From assembly GCA_963615935.1 (NCBI GenBank), contig CAVEIP010000003.1, positions 1 to 55,665 on the forward strand: a stretch of 55,665 nt of DNA. The letters are read 5' to 3'. The stretch comes from [Ruminococcus] lactaris. Lineage in GTDB: Bacteria > Bacteroidota > Bacteroidia > Bacteroidales > Muribaculaceae. Below the pieces are notes generated by a model that had not been told where the DNA came from, made no database searches, and saw only the letters and a list, made by a program, of their open reading frames with translations. Below are positions 18,630-28,479 of this stretch, one piece after another (position 1 is the stretch's first letter; every line of letters begins with the position of its first letter). The translations under genes were made by a program, and so were the position numbers.

Positions 18630-19976
18630 TTATTTTTTCAGTCGTTTCACTTCGTCCTTAAACTGTCGGCCGCGGTCTTCGTAACTCTTGAAGAGGTCGA
18701 AACTTGCGCAGCAAGGCGACAGCAGCACGGTGTCGCCGCTCTTGGCGAGGCGGGTGGCTTCGCTCACGGCGTCGCCTACGCTGTGGGTGTCGGCGATTAC
18801 AGGCACCTTGCCTGCAAAGAATGTCTTGATTTTCTCGTTGTCCTTGCCCATGCACACGATGGCGGATACCTTCTCGCGCACAAACGGCTCAATCTCGGAG
18901 TAGTCGTTGCCTTTGTCCTTGCCGCCGAGGATGAGCACCACAGGGGTTTTCATGCTCTCGAGGGCATAGTAGCAGGAGTTCACGTTGGTGGCTTTGGAGT
19001 CGTTCACGTAGCGCACACCGTCGATGGTGTCGACATACTCGAGGCGGTGCTCAACCGACTGGAAGTCGGACAGCGCCTTGCGTATCACCTCTTTCTTGAT
19101 GTTGAGCAACGATGCCGACAAACCGGCTGCCATCGAGTTGTAGAGGTTGTGGAGGCCGGCGAGCGAGAGTTCGCTGACGGGCATCTCGAAGTCGGTAGCG
19201 CCCTCGGCGTTGAAGATGAGTTCGCCGTTCTCGCAGTAGGCTTTTGCGCCTTCCTCGTTGTGCTCTGAGAACGGGAGCATCTTTGCCGTCACGTTGATGT
19301 GGCGCAGTTGCTCGGCTATCACTGGGTCGTCTTCCCAGAAGATAAACGAGTCGGCCCACGTTTGGTTCTGGATGATGCGGAACTTGGCGTTCACGTAGTT
19401 CTGCATCTTGTGGTCGTAGCGGTCGAGGTGGTCGGGAGTGATGTTGAGCAGCACTGCGATGTTGGCCTTGAAGTCGTACATGTTGTCGAGTTGGAAACTG
19501 CTCAACTCAATCACGTAGACGTCGTGGCTGGCGGTGGCTACCTGATAGGCGAGGCTCATGCCCACATTGCCGGCGAGACCCACGTTGAGGCCTGCGTCCT
19601 TGAGAATGTGGTAGGTGAGCATCGTGGTGGTTGTCTTACCATTACTACCGGTGATACAAACCATCTTGGCGTCGGTGTAGCGGCCGGCAAACTCTATCTC
19701 GGAGATCACCGGTATGCTCTTCGCCTTTATCTTTTGGATGATTGGTGCTGTGTCGGGGATGCCCGGACTTTTCACCACTTCGTCGGCGCTGAGTATGCGC
19801 TCTTCGCTGTGGTGGCCTTCTTCCCAGTTGATATCGTACTCGTTAAGACGTGCCTTGTATTTGTCGGCAATGCTTCCCATATCGGAAAGCCATACGTCCA
19901 TTCCTTTTACTTTTGCGAGGACTGCGGCGCCTACGCCACTCTCTCCTCCGCCAAGTACTGCAATTCTTCGAGTCAT
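18630..19976 (-). CDS. murD: UDP-N-acetylmuramoylalanine--D-glutamate ligase
   Basis: The track ORF (575 aa) was trimmed to the internal ATG at 19976 ([18 protein letters not shown]...), giving 448 aa. The longer version would overlap mraY by 381 nt. The start shares one nucleotide with the mraY stop (TAATG). P-loop ITGSNGKTTTT. Confidence 0.93.
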   Translation of the reverse strand: MTRRIAVLGGGESGVGAAVLAKVKGMDVWLSDMGSIADKYKARLNEYDINWEEGHHSEERILSADEVVKSPGIPDTAPIIQKIKAKSIPVISEIEFAGRYTDAKMVCITGSNGKTTTTMLTYHILKDAGLNVGLAGNVGMSLAYQVATASHDVYVIELSSFQLDNMYDFKANIAVLLNITPDHLDRYDHKMQNYVNAKFRIIQNQTWADSFIFWEDDPVIAEQLRHINVTAKMLPFSEHNEEGAKAYCENGELIFNAEGATDFEMPVSELSLAGLHNLYNSMAAGLSASLLNIKKEVIRKALSDFQSVEHRLEYVDTIDGVRYVNDSKATNVNSCYYALESMKTPVVLILGGKDKGNDYSEIEPFVREKVSAIVCMGKDNEKIKTFFAGKVPVIADTHSVGDAVSEATRLAKSGDTVLLSPCCASFDLFKSYEDRGRQFKDEVKRLKK

Positions 19977-21241
19977 TATCGTATTTTTAAAGTTATGAAT
20001 GTCAATATAGCAAGAAATATCCCGATAATCCAGAAACGCACGGTGATTTTCGACTCGGGGATGGCATTGAACGGGTGCTGCCAAAGCACTCCCTTGTCGC
20101 CAGTGCCTTGCTTCTGGAAATGGTGGTGGAGCGGTGCCATCTTGAAGATGCGCCGTCCGGTGCCGGTCTTGCGGCGGGTGTACTTGAAATAGGCGGTCTG
20201 CGCTATCACCGAGAGGTTCTCTACCAGGAAGATGCCGCAGAGTATCGGGATGAGCAATTCCTTGCGGATGAGGATGGAGAACACGGCTATGATGCCACCG
20301 AGGGTGAGGCTGCCGGTGTCGCCCATAAACACTTGTGCCGGATAGGCGTTGTACCACAGGAAGCCTACCAGCGCGCCGATAAACGCTGCCGCGTAGACCA
20401 TCAGTTCTCCGCTACCGGGGATATACATGATGTTGAGGTAGGAGGAGTAGATGATGTTGCCGCCGAGATAGCACATCACGGCGAGCGCCACTCCGATGAT
20501 TGCCGAGGTGCCCGTGGCGAGGCCGTCGATACCGTCGGTGAGGTTGGCGCCGTTCGACACGGCTGCCACCACGAAGATGGTCACGAGGATGAAGAGTATC
20601 CATCCGCCGGTCTCGGCGTGCTTGCCCATCCACTGGGTGAACCACGAGTATTTCATGTTGTTGCCCTTCACAAACGGGATGGTGGTGATGGGCTGTTTCT
20701 CTTCCTGCGACTTGTAGGTCACCTCAATCTGGTGGCTGTCGGTTTGGTTGCGGGTCTCGATGTTCTCGCGCACCACGATGTCGGGGCTGAGATACATGGT
20801 GAGACCTACGAGCAGACCTACGCCCACTTGACCGATAATCTTGAACTTGCCGGCAAGGCCGTCCTTGTTGTGCTTGGCGAGTTTCTTGTAGTCGTCGAGA
20901 AAGCCGAGCAGGCCGAAGAGCAGCGTCGACACCACCATCAGAATCATGTAGACGTTGGTGAAGTCGCCAAGGAGCAGGCATGGGATGATAATCGACACGA
21001 TGATGATGATGCCGCCCATCGTCGGGGTGCCCGATTTGCTCATCTGTCCCTCAAGACCGAGGTTGCGCACAATCTCGCCCACCTGCATCAGTTGCAGGCG
21101 GTCGATGATGCGGCGGCCAACCACAGTGGCTATGAGGATTGACAATATCAGCGCCATTCCGGAACGGAAGGTGAGATATTCAAACAGTCGTGCGCCTGGC
21201 ACGTTGAACTGTTGCAGATAGTCAAACAAGTGATACAGCAT
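19976..21241 (-). CDS. mraY: Phospho-N-acetylmuramoyl-pentapeptide transferase
   Basis: 421 aa. Motifs [13 protein letters not shown] and VFMGDTGSL, with about 10 TM segments. Confidence 0.96.
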   Translation of the reverse strand: MLYHLFDYLQQFNVPGARLFEYLTFRSGMALILSILIATVVGRRIIDRLQLMQVGEIVRNLGLEGQMSKSGTPTMGGIIIIVSIIIPCLLLGDFTNVYMILMVVSTLLFGLLGFLDDYKKLAKHNKDGLAGKFKIIGQVGVGLLVGLTMYLSPDIVVRENIETRNQTDSHQIEVTYKSQEEKQPITTIPFVKGNNMKYSWFTQWMGKHAETGGWILFILVTIFVVAAVSNGANLTDGIDGLATGTSAIIGVALAVMCYLGGNIIYSSYLNIMYIPGSGELMVYAAAFIGALVGFLWYNAYPAQVFMGDTGSLTLGGIIAVFSILIRKELLIPILCGIFLVENLSVIAQTAYFKYTRRKTGTGRRIFKMAPLHHHFQKQGTGDKGVLWQHPFNAIPESKITVRFWIIGIFLAILTFITLKIR

Positions 21242-21247
21242 TGTGCT

Positions 21248-22717
21248 CTAAATTTCTTTTTCTTCGTTGAATATGTCTTGCACCACTTCTTTGTCGTCGA
21301 AATGGTGTTTCACTCCACAGATTTCCTGATAGTTCTCGTGGCCCTTGCCGGCTATCAGCACTACGTCGCCCTTCTGCGCCAACTGCGAGGCGGTGCGGAT
21401 GGCTTCGCGGCGGTCGGTGATGCGGAGGGTGTGGCGCTTGTCCTCGGCGTCGAGTCCTTCAACCATGTCCTTGAGGATGTCGTCGGGGTTTTCAAAGCGT
21501 GGGTTGTCGGAGGTGAGGATGAGTTTGTCGCTCAGGCGCGATGCTTCTTTCGCCATGATTGGGCGCTTGCCGCGGTCGCGGTTGCCGCCGGCTCCCACCA
21601 CGGTGATCACCTTGCCAGTGTTGCCTACCACGTCGCGAATGGTCGACAGCACGTTGACCAGTGCGTCGGGGGTGTGGGCGTAGTCCACAATGGCTGTATA
21701 GCCGCGTGGCGACTCAAAAGTCTGGAATCGGCCTGCCACGGGGATGAGTTTGCTCATGTTCACGAGCGTGGTCTCTTCGTCGAAGCCCAACAAGCGGGTT
21801 GCCGCATAGACGGCGAGCAGGTTGTAGGCGTTGAAGCGGCCAGTGAAGAGCACCTCCACTTCGTGGCGGTCAATCTCGAGCAGTGTGCCGTTGAGACGGC
21901 TCTCGAGAATCTTGCAGCGGAAGTCGGCCTGTGAGCGCAGTGAGTAGGTGTATTTCTTCGCTGCGGTGTTCTGCAGCATGAATTGTCCGGCTTTGTCGTC
22001 GGCGTTGACAAGAGCAAACGCGTCGGCTGGCAGAAGGTCGAAGAAGCGCTTCTTGGCTTTCATATACGCCTCCACGGTCTTGTGATAGTCGAGGTGGTCG
22101 CGGGTGAGGTTGGAGAAGATGGCGCCGCGGAATCGCAGTCCGTCGATGCGGTGCTGGTCGGCAGCGTGCGAACTTACCTCCATAAACGCATATTTGCAAC
22201 CTTCTTCAACCATCTCGTGCATCAAGCGGTTGAGTGTTATCTGGTCGGGTGTGGTCTGCGTGGCTGGCACGGGACGACCGTCAACATAGTTGCACACCGT
22301 GGAAAACAAACCGGTCTTGTAGCCCATCATGCGCATCATCTCGTAGAGAAGGGTGGCGGTGGTGGTCTTGCCGTTGGTGCCTGTCACGCCCACAAGCGTG
22401 AGTTTGGACGTCGGATTGTCGTACCATTCCGAGGCGAGAAAGCCGAGTGCCGAGGCGCAGCATTCGACAACGATATATGTCACTCCGTCGACGAGTGATT
22501 CGGGGAGCGTCTGGCACACGATGGCGGTGGCTCCTGATTTGATTACATCGGGTATGAACTTGTGTCCGTCTACATTGACGCCGGGCACTGCCACAAACAA
22601 TCCTCCTGCTGTGATTTTGCGAGAGTCGCTCTCCACACCGGAGATTTCCTTGTCGACCGATCCGTTGACGCTGACCGGCTTGATTACTGACAATAATTGT
22701 GATAATGGCTTACTCAT
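21248..22717 (-). CDS. murE: UDP-N-acetylmuramoyl-L-alanyl-D-glutamate--2,6-diaminopimelate ligase
   Basis: 489 aa. [15 protein letters not shown]-loop and the DNPR motif ([11 protein letters not shown]) typical of meso-DAP-adding MurE. Confidence 0.95.
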   Translation of the reverse strand: MSKPLSQLLSVIKPVSVNGSVDKEISGVESDSRKITAGGLFVAVPGVNVDGHKFIPDVIKSGATAIVCQTLPESLVDGVTYIVVECCASALGFLASEWYDNPTSKLTLVGVTGTNGKTTTATLLYEMMRMMGYKTGLFSTVCNYVDGRPVPATQTTPDQITLNRLMHEMVEEGCKYAFMEVSSHAADQHRIDGLRFRGAIFSNLTRDHLDYHKTVEAYMKAKKRFFDLLPADAFALVNADDKAGQFMLQNTAAKKYTYSLRSQADFRCKILESRLNGTLLEIDRHEVEVLFTGRFNAYNLLAVYAATRLLGFDEETTLVNMSKLIPVAGRFQTFESPRGYTAIVDYAHTPDALVNVLSTIRDVVGNTGKVITVVGAGGNRDRGKRPIMAKEASRLSDKLILTSDNPRFENPDDILKDMVEGLDAEDKRHTLRITDRREAIRTASQLAQKGDVVLIAGKGHENYQEICGVKHHFDDKEVVQDIFNEEKEI

Positions 22718-22727
22718 TTTTTTCCTT

Positions 22728-24848
22728 TCAATTATTATTTAATTGTAATGTTGCTTTCATTCCTTTCTTTATCGGCGTTCCTGCCTCCGGCGTCTGCCGG
22801 GTCACGAAGCCTGTGCCTATGGCTTTGGTCACCACTATGCCGTGGCGCTCGAGGGTGGCTACGGCGTCGCGCAGTCCCATGCCAGTGACCTGTGGCACCT
22901 TCCCTTTGGTGGGGTTCTGCACCTTGTACTGCGAGTAGGCGGGTATGCGGAGGTCGCTGAGCATCAGGTTGGTGGCATTGCTGCTCATCGCCATCAGTGT
23001 GGGTGACTTCTTGGTGTTGTCGGCCTCGGTGTGGTAGTCTGACTCGTTGCCGAGCATGCCGCGGGCATACATCTTCAGCGCGGTGTTCATCAGCACGCGG
23101 CCGCTCACCAACTGGGCGCTGCGGATGCGTGGGGCATTAAACACCACGATGCACGAATACATCGGGTTGTTGTAGGGGAAGAAGCCGGTGAAGGTTACGC
23201 GCAGACGAGTGGAGTAGCCTTTGCCTGGCTCGAAGATGCGCGCCGTGCCGGTCTTGCCTGCAATCTCAACGAAGTTGTTCTGCAGGCGTGGCGCCGTTGG
23301 CACTCCTTTCTTCTCGCTCCAAACCACGGCGTGGAGCATCGACCGCACTTCCTTCGCTACTTCGGGCGTGAATGCCTGTTCGCGGATGTAGGTCACGGGT
23401 ATCTTTTGTATCAGCGAGTCGCGGTGCCACAGTTCGCTGTAGAGGCGTGGCTTGACAAACTTACCGTCGTTGGCTATGGCGTTGATAATGGCGAGGTTGA
23501 GGATTGGCGGCGTCTGCAGCGCGTAGCCGTAGCAACTGCGCGACAGGTTGATGCGCCATGCGTTCTCAAACCGCTTGTCGGGGCTGCCGAGGTCCTGCAG
23601 GATGGGGCGCGACTCTCCGGAGATGCCGATGCTGAGGCGCTCGAAGAAGCCTATGTCCTCAAGGCGCTTGCGGAACTCCCACGGCTTGTTGCCGAAGGCG
23701 CTGGTAATCACGCGCGCAGTGCCGATGTTGCTCGAGCCGGCAAGCACGTCGGTGACCGTCGGGCTGGCGCCGATGGAGTGGGTGTCGGTGATGGGGCGCG
23801 CGCCGGCGTAGGCAAAACTGCTGCCCACTGCCACTGGTGTGGTGGAATGCACATAGCCGTCCTGGATGGCTATGGCAAGCGATATCGGTTTCATCACAGA
23901 GCCCAACTCCCACGTCTGCACGGCGCGGTTGACGGTCTCGGTGTAGTCGTGGATGGTGTTGTCCCACGACAGGTTGGATATGGCTTTGATGTCGCCGGTA
24001 TGCACGTCCATAAGCACTGCGGTGGCCCATTCAGGCTCTTGCTCCACACACATGTTGTAGAGTTCCGTCTCGAGGATGTCCTGGATATGCACGTCGATGG
24101 TGGTGCGCACGTCGTAGCCGTTGATGGCTGCCACCTCGGTCCAGCGGGAGAACTTGTTGGTGGTCTGTACTTTCTTCGAAACTCCTGGCGTGCCGTAGAG
24201 CAGTGAGTCGAGTTCCATCTCGAGTCCGGAGGTGCCGTGCTTGAGGTCGTTCACCTTGCCTATGCTTCGCGATGCCATGCGGCCGAACGGCTTCTCGCGG
24301 TAGGCGAGTGGCTCGGCGGTGATGATGGTGCGTCCGTGCGGCGTTTTGAGGTAGGGGAAAGTCTTGAGGCTGTCGAGCTCTTCTTTCGACATCTTTTTGG
24401 ATATCAAGAAGATGCGTGTGCGCTTATCCTTGTCTTTGTTTAATTCTTTCTGGAATTGGGCTTTCCATTGCTCTGCCGTGCGCTTGGGCTGTGTGTGGAA
24501 GGCGGCGAGGCGCTTGCAGAGGTTGTCGATTTCCGGCAGAAACTCTTTGTCCTTGAACCGCGGCGACCGGAGGTCGAGGCGCACCTGATAGTAGCGCACG
24601 CTCACAGCGAGGATGGAGCCGTCGGCGGCAAGGATTTTGCCGCGTTCGGGTATGATGGTGTCGCCGCCGAGTAGCGACTGGCGGGCCTTTTCGTTCCAGT
24701 GGGGGGCATCGAAAATGGTGGTTTTGCCCAACTTCACCACAATCAGCAAGGCAAACAAAAAGATTGCCAAGTAGATGCGCAGGTAGCGGTTGAGCATTCC
24801 CTCCTGTATCCGACTCTTATTCTTCTTCTCCTTCTCCATTGTTGTCAA
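22728..24848 (-). CDS. ftsI: Class B penicillin-binding protein (FtsI/PBP3-type transpeptidase)
   Basis: 706 aa. N-terminal TM segment and transpeptidase motifs SVMK (GSVMKP), SSN (AGSSNIG) and KTGT (AGKTGTA). The start is uncertain: Met18 (24797) would remove the 32-nt overlap with the upstream gene. Confidence 0.9.
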   Translation of the reverse strand: MTTMEKEKKNKSRIQEGMLNRYLRIYLAIFLFALLIVVKLGKTTIFDAPHWNEKARQSLLGGDTIIPERGKILAADGSILAVSVRYYQVRLDLRSPRFKDKEFLPEIDNLCKRLAAFHTQPKRTAEQWKAQFQKELNKDKDKRTRIFLISKKMSKEELDSLKTFPYLKTPHGRTIITAEPLAYREKPFGRMASRSIGKVNDLKHGTSGLEMELDSLLYGTPGVSKKVQTTNKFSRWTEVAAINGYDVRTTIDVHIQDILETELYNMCVEQEPEWATAVLMDVHTGDIKAISNLSWDNTIHDYTETVNRAVQTWELGSVMKPISLAIAIQDGYVHSTTPVAVGSSFAYAGARPITDTHSIGASPTVTDVLAGSSNIGTARVITSAFGNKPWEFRKRLEDIGFFERLSIGISGESRPILQDLGSPDKRFENAWRINLSRSCYGYALQTPPILNLAIINAIANDGKFVKPRLYSELWHRDSLIQKIPVTYIREQAFTPEVAKEVRSMLHAVVWSEKKGVPTAPRLQNNFVEIAGKTGTARIFEPGKGYSTRLRVTFTGFFPYNNPMYSCIVVFNAPRIRSAQLVSGRVLMNTALKMYARGMLGNESDYHTEADNTKKSPTLMAMSSNATNLMLSDLRIPAYSQYKVQNPTKGKVPQVTGMGLRDAVATLERHGIVVTKAIGTGFVTRQTPEAGTPIKKGMKATLQLNNN

Positions 24849-25176
24849 GATAATAAGGGGGTTGCTCTGCCACTTTCAAGTAGAGGTGAAGGGTGTCGAG
24901 TTTCTCGGTGAGTTCGCTCTCGCGTATCTCGCTGGCGTATTTCGAAGAAGCGCTGACCATGTTGGTCTTCGAGTTGGCGAGTTCGTCGTTGAGGCGGATG
25001 ATTGTGGTAATCTTCATCTGCGTCTCATACTTGAACGTGATGTAGATGATTATCACCACCACCACGATGACTACGCGAGTGAAGTTGCGCTTGTAGACGC
25101 CAAGCGACAGCCATTGCCCGCGGAAGATGCGCATCAGCAGGTTGCTGCGTTTCTTGGGCTCTTCTTGGTCGCTCAT
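24817..25176 (-). CDS. FtsL-like small bitopic division protein
   Basis: 119 aa. A single TM segment (VVIVVVVIIIYITF) is followed by a short coiled segment. It sits between rsmH and the PBP, where Bacteroidota FtsL-like genes are found. The call rests on position and topology only. Confidence 0.65.
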   Translation of the reverse strand: MSDQEEPKKRSNLLMRIFRGQWLSLGVYKRNFTRVVIVVVVIIIYITFKYETQMKITTIIRLNDELANSKTNMVSASSKYASEIRESELTEKLDTLHLYLKVAEQPPYYLDNNGEGEEE

Positions 25177-26108
25177 CGCTCGTCCTCCTTTCCTATTACC
25201 GCCACGCGGAGTTTGGCGCTGCGTGCGCGGGGGTTGCGTTCCACTTCCTCTTCGCTGGGCACAATCGGCTTGCCCGATAATGGGCTGATTGGCGACAGGC
25301 GCTTGCCGAAGAAGTCGGTTTCCACCTTGCCGTCGATGCGGCCGCTACGCATGAAGTTCTTCACCATGCGGTCCTCGATGCTGTGGTATGTGATTATCGC
25401 CAGGCGGCCTCCGGGACGGATGGCGGTAAGGGTTTGCGTAAGGAATTCCTGAAGGGCGTCGACCTCGTGGTTGACCTCCATGCGGAGCGCCTGAAACACC
25501 TGCGCCAGTTCTTTCTTCTCCTGGCGGGGGTTGATGTGGGGGCGCACCACTTCAAGTAGATCGGCTATCGTGGCTATCTCCCTACTCTCGCGGCGGCGCA
25601 CAATGCTGTCGGCTATGCGGCGGGCGTTCTTCAACTCGCCGTAGAGGCGGAAGATGGTTGTGAGGCGGTCAAGGTCGTATTCGCCTACCACGCGGCGGGC
25701 GTCGAGGCTGTTGTCGCGGCTCATGCGCATGTCGAGCGCTCCCTCGCCGTAGCGGAATGAGAAGCCGCGCTCGCCATCGTCGAAATGGTGGAACGACACG
25801 CCGAGGTCGGCAAGGATGCCGTCGACGGGCAGGGCGTCGTAGTAGCGCAGGAAATTCTTTAGGTAGCGGAAGTTGCCGTGCACGAAGGTGAATCGGCTGT
25901 CGTCGATACGGTTGGCATAGGCGTCCATGTCCTGGTCGAAACTCAAGAGTCGACCGCCAGCGCCAAGGTGCGCCATGATGGCGCGCGAGTGGCCGCCACC
26001 GCCAAAAGTGACGTCGACATATGTGCCGTCGCTTTTAATGTCGAGCCCCTGGATTGTTTCAGGAGCCAGGGCGGGTATGTGGTAAACTGGTTGCTCTTCT
26101 TTCATCAC
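25173..26108 (-). CDS. rsmH: 16S rRNA (cytosine1402-N4)-methyltransferase
   Basis: 311 aa. MraW-family motifs VTFGGGGHS and DLGVSFHHFD. It is the first visible gene of the dcw cluster. Confidence 0.95.
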   Translation of the reverse strand: MMKEEQPVYHIPALAPETIQGLDIKSDGTYVDVTFGGGGHSRAIMAHLGAGGRLLSFDQDMDAYANRIDDSRFTFVHGNFRYLKNFLRYYDALPVDGILADLGVSFHHFDDGERGFSFRYGEGALDMRMSRDNSLDARRVVGEYDLDRLTTIFRLYGELKNARRIADSIVRRRESREIATIADLLEVVRPHINPRQEKKELAQVFQALRMEVNHEVDALQEFLTQTLTAIRPGGRLAIITYHSIEDRMVKNFMRSGRIDGKVETDFFGKRLSPISPLSGKPIVPSEEEVERNPRARSAKLRVAVIGKEDER

Positions 26109-26385
26109 CGTATGAATATTCTGCTACTTTCGCTAATATATGCAATTTAGGGGGTAAAGGTAGCCATTATTTAAATAAGAGTTGTAATGCTTTGGAAAAA
26201 AGTTATTAACAACCCCCAAAATTCTCTGTTTCATCGCAAACTTTCTAATGGGCATATTATGCCTAATAGTCCTATTTTGCCCACAATGCCTACCCTGCAA
26301 TTAAACTAGTTTAACTTTTTACACCAAAATTTACAAAAATGGCAAGTTTTGTGAAAAAATGTAGTGAAATGTCCATTATTGTGCA

Positions 26386-26393
26386 TATATTTG
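26386..26393 (+). promoter_or_regulatory. Candidate -7 promoter box (TATATTTG) for the 620-aa T9SS cargo gene
   Basis: Matches TAnnTTTG, 38 nt upstream of the ATG at 26432. No TTTG was found at the expected 19-21 nt spacing. Confidence 0.4.
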
Positions 26394-26431
26394 TCGCGTT
26401 TCTGTAGAGAATCACAACAAATTTACATTAT

Positions 26432-28294
26432 ATGAAAAAGATTTTACTATCTCTATCGTTTGCTGCAATGTCGTTGCTTTGCGGCAACTCGCTATGGGCT
26501 GCCACAACGGTGGCTCTTGAAGAAGACTTCAACGGATTTACCGAAGGAAGTGAGAAAACTCCAGGCACCGACGAACTCGTAACGTCGGGCAAACTGGCTT
26601 CCGTGCTTCCCGGCTGGTCGGGCGAGGGTCTCTACTCTGCCGGCGGATCGGTGTTTGTGGGCTCTACCGACATCTTCGACATAGACGACCACTACATCCA
26701 GACTCCGGCGCTCAACCTCGACAAGGCTAACGGCCCGGTGGTGGTCACCTTGCGCGTGCGCTCAAGCGAGGCTTACGGCAATATGATTTACGTTTATTCC
26801 GGTTCTACAAAGTTGGATACTCCATATTTTGAGGACGACGAATGGCACACATTCTCCATCATGACCGACAAGGACGTGGTTGAGGGCTTGAAAATCTATT
26901 CGGCAAGCCGCTTCTCAACGCCTTTCTTCATCGACTATCTGAAGGTGGAGCAGAGCAGCGACTACTTGATGCCGCCTACGGCTCTGCGCCCTGTTGACTA
27001 CGACGGCAACACTTTTACCGCACGCTGGCTCAGTGTGGCGAATGCTGCCAAATATGAGATTGTGGTCTACAACAAGGACGACGAGGGCAACCTCATCAAC
27101 AAGGTTACCTACGAGGCTGATCCTCTCCCAGAGGGCGACACTTCGGGCAACCGCCTGGTTGTTACCGTTGCCGACAACTCGCTGAAATACTATTTCTACG
27201 TGATTGCACGCTCTGCTTCGGGCTACGGCTCGCAGTCGGGTGAGGCTGAGGTTATCAAACTCGTGGAGTCGCTCGACACTCCTACGGCGCTCCCTGCCAC
27301 CAACGTGACCGACAACAGTTTCACTGCCAACTGGCAGGCTGTGGCGGATGCCGACACCTATACTGCTACGCTCTACAAGACTGTTACCGTGCAGGAGGAG
27401 TCGAACATTGAGGTGCTCAACGAGGACTTCAGCGGCATCACAAAGGGCGATTGGGATTTGATTGACCTCCCCGACGAGGACCCTGCATATCTTGACGACT
27501 ACACCAAGGATGCTGGCTGGTATGCAAAATACTACGCCTTCGGCGGTGGCCGCTTGGTTTTGTGGCCTATGTTCTCTGCTGCATATTTTGTCACTCCAGC
27601 GGTCGACCTCAGCGCTAACGAGGGCGTTGCTTTTGTTGACTTCACTGCGGCTGTGGGCAGCGACGGCAAGTATAAGACTGGTGACAAAATCACTGTCGAA
27701 CTGCTCAAGCAAGAAAACGGCGAAACAACGGTTGTCGACTCGCAAGAGGTGGAAATCGACGAGGCTGCATTCAAGAACTACGGTGTGATGTTTACCGAGG
27801 GCTTCAAGGGTGCATTCATCCGCTTCTCCTATAGTGGCGATTATGAGGCTCACTTCGACGACGTGGTAATCACTCAGAAACTCGAGGCTGGCGCTAAGGT
27901 GCGCACTGCAGTGAAGCAGGTGTCTACCAGCGCGCTCTCTGCCGATTTCGACTATGCTCCGGCAGCCAATACCGAATACAGTTACACGGTTACGGCTTCG
28001 GTCAACACCATCTCTAAGATTGGCATGGACGAGGTTGTAACGTCTGAAACATCAAACGAAATCGTGGTTGGAGACTCGAGTGTGGGCAGCCTCTCTGCCG
28101 ACGGCTTGAAGGCGTTTGCACGTAACGGCCAACTCGTGGTCATCGCTCCTGAGGCTGCTCCAGTTGCTGTCTACGACGCCAGCGGCCGCGTGATTGCATC
28201 GTTTGTAGCCCGTCAGGGCGAGAATGTGGTAAACTGCCAGGGATTCGTCATTGTCCGCTCTGCCGGCAAGGCAGTAAAGACGGTTGTGAAATAA
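26432..28294 (+). CDS. T9SS-secreted modular protein, paralog of 6776..9277
   Basis: 620 aa with a signal peptide (MKKILLSLSFAAMSLLCGNSLWA). Fn3-like modules are marked by DGNTFTARWLSVANAAKYEIVVY and TDNSFTANWQAVADADTYTATLY. T9SS C-terminal domain (VAVYDASGRVIASF...GFVIVRSAGKAVKTVVK). Confidence 0.85.
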   Translation: MKKILLSLSFAAMSLLCGNSLWAATTVALEEDFNGFTEGSEKTPGTDELVTSGKLASVLPGWSGEGLYSAGGSVFVGSTDIFDIDDHYIQTPALNLDKANGPVVVTLRVRSSEAYGNMIYVYSGSTKLDTPYFEDDEWHTFSIMTDKDVVEGLKIYSASRFSTPFFIDYLKVEQSSDYLMPPTALRPVDYDGNTFTARWLSVANAAKYEIVVYNKDDEGNLINKVTYEADPLPEGDTSGNRLVVTVADNSLKYYFYVIARSASGYGSQSGEAEVIKLVESLDTPTALPATNVTDNSFTANWQAVADADTYTATLYKTVTVQEESNIEVLNEDFSGITKGDWDLIDLPDEDPAYLDDYTKDAGWYAKYYAFGGGRLVLWPMFSAAYFVTPAVDLSANEGVAFVDFTAAVGSDGKYKTGDKITVELLKQENGETTVVDSQEVEIDEAAFKNYGVMFTEGFKGAFIRFSYSGDYEAHFDDVVITQKLEAGAKVRTAVKQVSTSALSADFDYAPAANTEYSYTVTASVNTISKIGMDEVVTSETSNEIVVGDSSVGSLSADGLKAFARNGQLVVIAPEAAPVAVYDASGRVIASFVARQGENVVNCQGFVIVRSAGKAVKTVVK

Positions 28295-28315
28295 CCTTGA
28301 ACCCATCATAATTCA

Positions 28316-28349
28316 AAAGAGCGTGACCCCCAGGCCACGCTCTTTTTTC
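28316..28349 (+). terminator. Rho-independent terminator of 26432..28294
   Basis: 10-bp stem AAAGAGCGTG (28316-28325) / CACGCTCTTT (28336-28345) running into a T-tract (28343-28348). It lies 22 nt after the stop. Confidence 0.8.
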
Positions 28350-28353
28350 TTCG

Positions 28354-28395
28354 CCATTCCATAAAAATGTCATTTGTGACAGTTTTATGGAATGG
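28354..28395. promoter_or_regulatory. 42-bp near-perfect palindrome immediately upstream of the 28480 promoter
   Basis: 13-bp perfect arms CCATTCCATAAAA (28354-28366) / TTTTATGGAATGG (28383-28395), plus inner arms TGTCA (28368-28372) / TGACA (28377-28381). It ends 24 nt upstream of the -33 TTTG. Confidence 0.5.
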
Positions 28396-28419
28396 GTCGG
28401 GTGGTTGGTGGGTATTTTC

Positions 28420-28450
28420 TTTGAAATATGCACTGATATTTATAAATTTG
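28420..28450 (+). promoter_or_regulatory. Canonical Bacteroidota promoter (TTTG-N19-TAAATTTG) for 28480..29598
   Basis: TTTG at 28420-28423, a 19-nt spacer and TAAATTTG at 28443-28450. The ATG lies 30 nt downstream. Confidence 0.75.
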
Positions 28451-28479
28451 CAACAATCTTAAATAAAATTTAAACGAGT

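Noticed and set aside
19977-20357. 127-aa N-terminal extension of the murD ORF in the track (575-aa version).
   Set aside because: The extension lies entirely inside mraY in another frame and is rich in Pro, His and Arg. The conserved MurD N-terminus ([14 protein letters not shown]) begins at the ATG at 19976, which overlaps the mraY stop. The same reasoning was used to trim 42787..44574 to 44292, 45020..45697 to 45643, 45646..46206 to 45999 and 31544..32230 to 32173.
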